DNA from: Fibrobacter sp.
GTDB lineage: Bacteria; Fibrobacterota; Fibrobacteria; Fibrobacterales; Fibrobacteraceae
NCBI GenBank assembly: GCA_017526585.1
Contig: JAFXRC010000072.1
Coordinates: 6,736-70,735 of the forward strand
Direction of reading: 5' to 3'
Length of the DNA: 64,000 nucleotides
Below are positions 58,065 through 64,000 of the stretch, one piece after another; positions within the stretch are counted from its first letter, which is position 1, and every line of letters begins with the position of its first letter. A model generated the notes under the pieces. It saw only the letters and a program-made list of their open reading frames with translations. It had not been told where the DNA came from and did no database searches. A program made the position numbers and the translations under genes.

Positions 58065-60602
58065 TTAACTTGGAAGAGCCTCAGATGTGAACTTGAGCTT
58101 GTTGTTTTCGACATCAATCGAAATCGTCGAGAAGTCCTTGTAGATTCCAAGCAAGAGCCCTTCGGCAATTTCGTCTTCCACCAAGTTCTGAATCGAACGG
58201 CGAATCGGGCGCGCACCTAAGGCAGAATCGTAGTTGTTCGACACGATGAACTCCTTGGCCGCTTCCGACACTTCAAGAAGGATTCCCCTTTCGGACAAAT
58301 TCTTCTGAAGGGATGTGAGCTGGATATCGACAACCGCGGTGAGGTCCTTCTTGGAAAGCGGACGGAACACAATCTGTTCGTCGATACGGTTCAGGAATTC
58401 CGGAGAGAATACGCGCTTGACTTCTTCACGAATCGCCGTTTCCATGCGTTCGTAGTCGTCGGTCTCGCCCATCTTGGTGAAACCCATACCCGAGCTGTGA
58501 CGCACTTCGCGGGCCCCCGCGTTACTCGTCATGATGATGATGGTATTCTTAAAGTTGATCTTGCGACCATAGCTATCGGTAAGGATACCGTCGTCCAGAA
58601 TCTGCAAAAGCAGATTATAAATGTCGGGGTGAGCCTTTTCGATTTCATCGAGAAGCACTACACAATACGGGCGCTTGCGCACCTTTTCGCTCAGCTGTCC
58701 ACCGCTGTCTTCGAAGCCCACGTATCCCGGAGGCGCACCGATCAAACGGCTAATGCTATGCTTTTCCATATATTCGCTCATGTCGATGCGAATCATGGAA
58801 TCTTCGCTGCCGAATAGACTCTGGCTAAGCACCTTCGCAAGTTCCGTCTTACCGACACCCGTCGGTCCCAAGAACAGGAAACTACCCATCGGGCGCTTCG
58901 TATCGCGAATGCCTGCACGAGTACGGCGAATCGCCTTCACCACTGCATCGACAGCGGCGTCCTGACCAATCACGCGTTCCTTGATTTCGTCACCGAGCTT
59001 CAGGAGCTTCTGGGTTTCTTCCCCAGCGAGGCGACTGATAGGAATTCCCGTCATCTTACTGATGCAGTCGCGAATTTCGTTTTCATCGACAACAGGATAA
59101 TCAGCGGAATCTTCCTTATTCAAGGATTCGCGGCGTTCCGCGATGCGATTCGTCAATTCTTCAATCTTGTCGCGAAGCGATGCGGCCGTTTCATATTGCT
59201 GTTCCGCAATGGCTTCTTCCTTTTTCTGCGTGGCCGCGGCAAGTTCGTCTTCCATCTCCTTCAGGTCCTGCGGAGTACGAATGGAATTCAGACGGACGCG
59301 AGCACCGGCTTCGTCCAGCACATCAATCGCCTTGTCGGGCAAGAAACGGTCACTGATGTAGCGCTCGGCAAGCACCACCGCCGCACGAATCGCTTCGGGC
59401 GTATAATGCACCTTATGATGCTGTTCGTACTTGGAACGCAGTCCATCTAGAATCTGGATGGAATCCTCGGAATTAGGCGGATTAACGACAATCGTCTGGA
59501 AGCGGCGTTCAAGCGCGGCATCCTTCTCGATGTACTTGCTGTACTCATCGATAGTCGTCGCACCGATACACTGGAGCTCGCCGCGAGCAAGCGCGGGCTT
59601 AAAGATATTCGATGCGTCGAGGCTACCTTCGGAACCGCCCGCCCCCACAATCGTATGAAGTTCGTCGATAAAGAGAATCACCGAGTTGTCCACGCGCTGA
59701 AGCTCCATGATAAGTCCCTTCACGCGTTCCTCGAACTGACCGCGGTACTTGGTACCGGCAACCATCGCGGCGACATCGAGCGTCACCACGCGCTTGTTCA
59801 TCAGGAGTTCGGGAATTTTCTTTTGGACAATCTTCTGTGCAAGACCTTCGATAATTGCCGTCTTACCCACGCCCGGTTCACCGATGAGCGCCGGGTTATT
59901 CTTTTTGCGGCGGCAGAGAATCTGGATAAGTCTTTCAATTTCGCGACCGCGACCGATAATCGGATCCAGCTTACCCTGCTTAGCAAGCGCCGTCAAGTCG
60001 CGACCGAAATGGTCCAGAATCGGAGTCTTGGAACGCGATTGTGCACGGACCTGCTGTCTCGTGTCGCCGCGACCATTCACGAAGCGTCCATCGGAAGCAT
60101 CGTCTCCATCGGGTTCTTCACCAGAAGCCTGACCGTTCATCGCTTCGTTCTTGATTTGACGCAAGGCGTTTTCAAAATTTTCAAAGGTAATGCCAAATGT
60201 CGAAAGCGTGCCGGCTGCCGGAGATTCGGCCTGCTGCAAAATGGCAAGCATCAAGTGTTCGGGACCGATGTACTGGTCGCCTTCGTCCTTCGCAATTTTT
60301 GCCGCATTAAAGAGAGCCGCCTTACAACGAGGCGTAAACGAAAGGAGCGTTCCGCGGGAATCGCCCACCGTCATGATGCCACCATTCGTCGTCAAGGAGC
60401 GCTGTATATTTTCGCCAAGGTCATTCAGGTTGACATTGAGAGCATGCAGCGTCTCTGCCGCAAAGCCAGAATCTTCACGAACAAGGCCCAGAAGCAGGTG
60501 TTCCGTTGTAATGCTGTCGCTGCCCAAGTTGCGAGCCGCAATGCGCGCCGCCTGTAAAACAGCCTTCGCTTTCTTCGAAAAAATACCGTTGATATCAGAC
60601 AT
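58065..60602 (-). CDS. clpC: ATP-dependent Clp protease ATPase subunit ClpC
   Basis: Two Clp_N repeats, [11 protein letters not shown] middle domain, GPTGVGKT and MGF ClpP-binding loop. Confidence 0.95.
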   Translation of the reverse strand: MSDINGIFSKKAKAVLQAARIAARNLGSDSITTEHLLLGLVREDSGFAAETLHALNVNLNDLGENIQRSLTTNGGIMTVGDSRGTLLSFTPRCKAALFNAAKIAKDEGDQYIGPEHLMLAILQQAESPAAGTLSTFGITFENFENALRQIKNEAMNGQASGEEPDGDDASDGRFVNGRGDTRQQVRAQSRSKTPILDHFGRDLTALAKQGKLDPIIGRGREIERLIQILCRRKKNNPALIGEPGVGKTAIIEGLAQKIVQKKIPELLMNKRVVTLDVAAMVAGTKYRGQFEERVKGLIMELQRVDNSVILFIDELHTIVGAGGSEGSLDASNIFKPALARGELQCIGATTIDEYSKYIEKDAALERRFQTIVVNPPNSEDSIQILDGLRSKYEQHHKVHYTPEAIRAAVVLAERYISDRFLPDKAIDVLDEAGARVRLNSIRTPQDLKEMEDELAAATQKKEEAIAEQQYETAASLRDKIEELTNRIAERRESLNKEDSADYPVVDENEIRDCISKMTGIPISRLAGEETQKLLKLGDEIKERVIGQDAAVDAVVKAIRRTRAGIRDTKRPMGSFLFLGPTGVGKTELAKVLSQSLFGSEDSMIRIDMSEYMEKHSISRLIGAPPGYVGFEDSGGQLSEKVRKRPYCVVLLDEIEKAHPDIYNLLLQILDDGILTDSYGRKINFKNTIIIMTSNAGAREVRHSSGMGFTKMGETDDYERMETAIREEVKRVFSPEFLNRIDEQIVFRPLSKKDLTAVVDIQLTSLQKNLSERGILLEVSEAAKEFIVSNNYDSALGARPIRRSIQNLVEDEIAEGLLLGIYKDFSTISIDVENNKLKFTSEALPS

Positions 60603-60616
60603 ATTTTTATCCTAAG

Positions 60617-61288
60617 CTACTGAATGACGCCGCCGTGCATGACGACGCGACGCTTTGCAAAACTAGCCAATTTTTCGTCGTGAGTCACAATCAGGAACGC
60701 CTGGTTGAACTTTTCGTTGAGTTCGCCAATCAATTCGTTGAGCATGGCGGAATTCGCCTCGTCCAGGTTGCCACTCGGCTCGTCGGCAAGCACCAAGTCG
60801 GGATGGTTCATCAAGGCACGCGCAATCGCCACACGCTGGCGTTCACCGCCGCTGAGTTCACGCGGCAAATGTTTTAGGCGGTCCTTGAGTCCCACCGTTT
60901 CCAAAAGCATCGCGGCACGGTCATGGCATTCCGCATCAGAAGTTCCAAGAATGCGACCCGGCACGCACACGTTTTCAATCGCCGTAAATTCGCTCAACAG
61001 GTGATGAAACTGGAACACGAACCCCACCTGCACGCGGTGGTAGCGGTCGCGCTCGGCATCATTGAACTTGGAAAGCGCCTTGCCCTTAAAGAGGATTTCG
61101 CCAGACGTCGGCGTATCGAGCATTCCCACCAAATTTAGGAACGTAGACTTGCCCGAACCCGAAGAACCCGTAAGGGCAACAAGTTCGCCTTCTTCCATCG
61201 AAAAATTCACGCCCTTCAAAATTTCGAGTTTTTCACCCGTTTCAGAGAATTCTCGACGTAGGTCAATAGTTTGCAGCAAGCTACTCAT
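60617..61288 (-). CDS. lolD: Lipoprotein-releasing ABC transporter ATPase
   Basis: GSSGSGKST, FQFHHLL, LSGGERQRV and ADEPSGNLD motifs. Confidence 0.93.
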   Translation of the reverse strand: MSSLLQTIDLRREFSETGEKLEILKGVNFSMEEGELVALTGSSGSGKSTFLNLVGMLDTPTSGEILFKGKALSKFNDAERDRYHRVQVGFVFQFHHLLSEFTAIENVCVPGRILGTSDAECHDRAAMLLETVGLKDRLKHLPRELSGGERQRVAIARALMNHPDLVLADEPSGNLDEANSAMLNELIGELNEKFNQAFLIVTHDEKLASFAKRRVVMHGGVIQ

Positions 61289-62528
61289 GTCTAATCGCTC
61301 CTACGGGATCCAAGCGGCTAGCCTTCCATGCCGGCAACAACGTTGCCAAAACGCAAAGTGCTATGCCGATGACAAATATCAAGACCACATCAACAATGTG
61401 TACCGAAATCGGGAAGTACGGAATCACATAGACATCGCCGGGGAGCTTGATAAAGTGGTACGCTTCCTGCAACTTGCAAAGAATCAGTCCGATAGAACCA
61501 CCGACAATCGTTCCGCCCACGCCAATGAAGCTACCCATGAGCATAAAGACGCGCATGATGCCCGCCTTGCTAAAGCCCATGCTGCGCAGGATGCCAATTT
61601 CCTTAGTCTTGTCAATGACGACCATGATAAGGCTACTAATGATGTTGAATGCAGCAACCAAGATGATAAGGCAAATCACCGCCGCCACGATGAACTTTTC
61701 GTAGTTCATCCACTTGAGCAGCGTGATGTTCTTCGTCTTCCAGTCCATTGCGTAATAGGGGTAACCCAACCAGCTGGAAAGGCTATCCACCGCATCGCCC
61801 GCCAACCAATGGTTGTTCAAACGGAACTGGATACCGGTCACCACATCGCCGAGTCCCAGCAGCTTCTGGAGTTCAGGAATGCCCACATAAGCAAGGTTGC
61901 CATCGTACTCGTAGGTGCCCGTTTCAAAGATGCCACTCACTACGCACATCATCATCTTCGGGCCGCCGCTTGTAACCATGGCGTCGGGACTCTGGAACGT
62001 CTGCAACACAAGCTTGTCGCCCACCACCACACGGAGGCGATTCGCTAGTCCCGAACCGAGAATGATTCCCGGACGACGGGCGCCACTCAAGTCTTCGAGA
62101 CTGTCGACGGAATAGTTTCCCCACTTGATGTACTTGTGGATGTCGGTCACACCCTTCGCTGTTTCCGGCTCAATGCCATAAATCACGATACCGTCGTTCA
62201 CCTTCTTGGAGCTCACGCCCACCTTGTAGATGATGAACGGAGACGACGCCACCACACGGGAGTCGCGGTCGCAGACTTCTTTCGTGAGGCTATCGTAAGG
62301 AGCAATGAATTCACCGTTGTAAGACATCACTTCGAAGTGGGCGTCCTTCCCTATCATCTGGGCGGTAACCTCTTCCTCGAAGCCGTTTACCGCAGCCAGG
62401 GCCACCACCAGCGCGAACACGCCGATGGAAACGCCCAGCATACTGAAGATACCAATAAGCGATACAAAGAGACTCTTGCGCTGAGCCCCTAGGTAACGCC
62501 AGGCGATGAGCCATTCCAGCTTATGCAT
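61281..62528 (-). CDS. lolE: Lipoprotein-releasing ABC transporter permease (LolC/E)
   Basis: IAWRYL, VAAFNIISSL..DKTKEIGILRSMG and PAWKASRLDP motifs. Confidence 0.9.
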   Translation of the reverse strand: MHKLEWLIAWRYLGAQRKSLFVSLIGIFSMLGVSIGVFALVVALAAVNGFEEEVTAQMIGKDAHFEVMSYNGEFIAPYDSLTKEVCDRDSRVVASSPFIIYKVGVSSKKVNDGIVIYGIEPETAKGVTDIHKYIKWGNYSVDSLEDLSGARRPGIILGSGLANRLRVVVGDKLVLQTFQSPDAMVTSGGPKMMMCVVSGIFETGTYEYDGNLAYVGIPELQKLLGLGDVVTGIQFRLNNHWLAGDAVDSLSSWLGYPYYAMDWKTKNITLLKWMNYEKFIVAAVICLIILVAAFNIISSLIMVVIDKTKEIGILRSMGFSKAGIMRVFMLMGSFIGVGGTIVGGSIGLILCKLQEAYHFIKLPGDVYVIPYFPISVHIVDVVLIFVIGIALCVLATLLPAWKASRLDPVGAIRHE

Positions 62529-62531
62529 CGT

Positions 62532-64000
62532 TTAGCAAGTCTCCGGCTTCATCAGCGGGAAGAGCTGCACGTCGCGGATGGTCTGCTGGTTCGTGAGGAG
62601 CATGACCATGCGGTCGATGCCGAAGCCCACGCCACCGGTAGGCGGCAAGCCAGATTCAATGGCGTGCATGAAGTTTTCATCCATCGGGTGCGTTTCACCT
62701 TCACCACCGCGGCCGCGGCGCACCTGATCTTCCAGGAGCTCACGCTGACGGATGGGGTCATTAAGTTCGGTATAGGCGTTGCCCAGTTCCCAGCCGTTAG
62801 CGTACGGCTCGAACTGTTCGATAAGGCCTTCGATGGTACGGTGCTTCTTGCAAAGCGGCGTACTTTCGGTGGGCATATCCTTGATGAAGGTCGGCTGGAT
62901 GAGCTTGTCTTCCACGGTGAGCTCGAACAGTTCGAGGATACCGCGGCCGCGGCTGAATTCACCATCCAGGTGTCCGCCGAGTTCTTCCATCTTGGCCTTG
63001 ATCTCGTCGTCGCTCATGTCATTGACCTTGAGACCGCCGAACTTTTCGATGGCTTCGATCATACTGTAGCGGGGCCACGGTGCCTTGAAGTCGATTTCCT
63101 TGCCCTGGTAGTCAATCTTGGTGGTGCCGTTTGCAGCGATACAGGCGCGTTCGTAGATGTTTTCGAAGTGCACCATCATATCGTTGTAGTCGGCGTAGGC
63201 TTCGTAGAATTCGAGGCCGGTGAATTCCGGACTATGGGTGCGGTCCATGCCTTCGTTACGGAAGTTCTTGGAGAATTCAAAAACCTTTTCCATGCCGCCC
63301 ACGATGCAGCGCTTCAGGTAAAGTTCCGGAGCCACGCGCAGGTAGAGAGTCATGTCGCAAGCGTTGTGGTGCGTGGTGAACGGACGGGCGTTCGCACCGC
63401 CGTAAATCGGCTGGAGCGTCGGGGTTTCGACTTCGATGAATCCCTTTTCGATGAGGTATTCGCGGATAGCCTGCAGAATCTTGAAACGCTTGATGAACAC
63501 ATCCTTCACGTCGTCGTTCAAGGCCATGTCGATGTAGCGCTGACGGTAACGGGTATCCACGTCGGCAAATTCGTTGAACACGACCTTGTTGCCGTTCTCG
63601 TCCACCTTTTCCTTAGCGACCGGAAGCGGGCGCACAGCCTTCGAAAGCATGGTCACCTTCTTCACGTGCACGGAGTATTCGCCCGTCTGCGTTTCGAACA
63701 TGAAACCGTTTACGCCGATAAAGTCACCCAGGTCGGTCATCTTGACGATTTCGTAGTTTTCTTCGCCGACTTCGTCGCGGGCCACCACCACCTGCAAGCG
63801 ACCGTAACGGTCCTTGAGGTGCATAAAGCACATTTTGCCCTTGCGGTTAAAACGAACCACGCGGCCAGCGAAAGCGATTTCTTCGCCAGAAGCCATCAGG
63901 GCTTCCTTATTTTCTTTCAAAACCTTGGAATCATGCGTGCGGTTGAACTTGTGCGGATAGGCCTCGATGCCCATTTCCTTGAACTTCGCAAGCTTCGCCA
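62532..64000 (-). CDS. lysS: Lysyl-tRNA synthetase class II (5' end outside the window)
   Basis: RYRQRY, GGANARPF, FRNEG, ELNDP and GLPPTGGVGFGIDR motifs. Confidence 0.97.
   Translation of the reverse strand, partial: AKLAKFKEMGIEAYPHKFNRTHDSKVLKENKEALMASGEEIAFAGRVVRFNRKGKMCFMHLKDRYGRLQVVVARDEVGEENYEIVKMTDLGDFIGVNGFMFETQTGEYSVHVKKVTMLSKAVRPLPVAKEKVDENGNKVVFNEFADVDTRYRQRYIDMALNDDVKDVFIKRFKILQAIREYLIEKGFIEVETPTLQPIYGGANARPFTTHHNACDMTLYLRVAPELYLKRCIVGGMEKVFEFSKNFRNEGMDRTHSPEFTGLEFYEAYADYNDMMVHFENIYERACIAANGTTKIDYQGKEIDFKAPWPRYSMIEAIEKFGGLKVNDMSDDEIKAKMEELGGHLDGEFSRGRGILELFELTVEDKLIQPTFIKDMPTESTPLCKKHRTIEGLIEQFEPYANGWELGNAYTELNDPIRQRELLEDQVRRGRGGEGETHPMDENFMHAIESGLPPTGGVGFGIDRMVMLLTNQQTIRDVQLFPLMKPETC

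Overview
Chromosomal window from a Fibrobacter-like bacterium, inferred from a TIGR02147-family gene, three FISUMP lipoproteins, a T9SS-type C-terminal tail and TAnnTTTG promoters. Most of it is housekeeping: proA, hisI, slyD, two U32 proteins, tilS-ftsH-folP-cdaA, pilT/U, glycosyltransferases with DUF2723, nusB-rib operon, fabF, tRNA-Glu, ppiD, nadB, hisD, cimA, wzc, adk, clpC, lolDE and lysS. No integrase, transposase, CRISPR array or reverse transcriptase was seen. The main observations are: (1) an AT-rich accessory cassette (37.6-45.0 kb) in which FISUMP lipoproteins alternate with a signal-less beta-helix gene, one copy of which has collapsed into an unannotated 43-aa in-frame minigene, with near-identical 5' ends and an operator-like palindrome; (2) an ArfA/BrfA-like small basic ORF with an intrinsic terminator inside its coding sequence; (3) a tilS gene carrying five in-frame repeat insertions from different families; (4) two candidate structured RNAs; (5) a TATATTTG promoter-like motif only 4-8 nt before several start codons; (6) a DUF2723/polyprenol-phosphate-mannose synthase cluster plus a stalk protein with 13 D-S-(L/I) motifs. 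All calls come from reading motifs by eye; no database searches were run.
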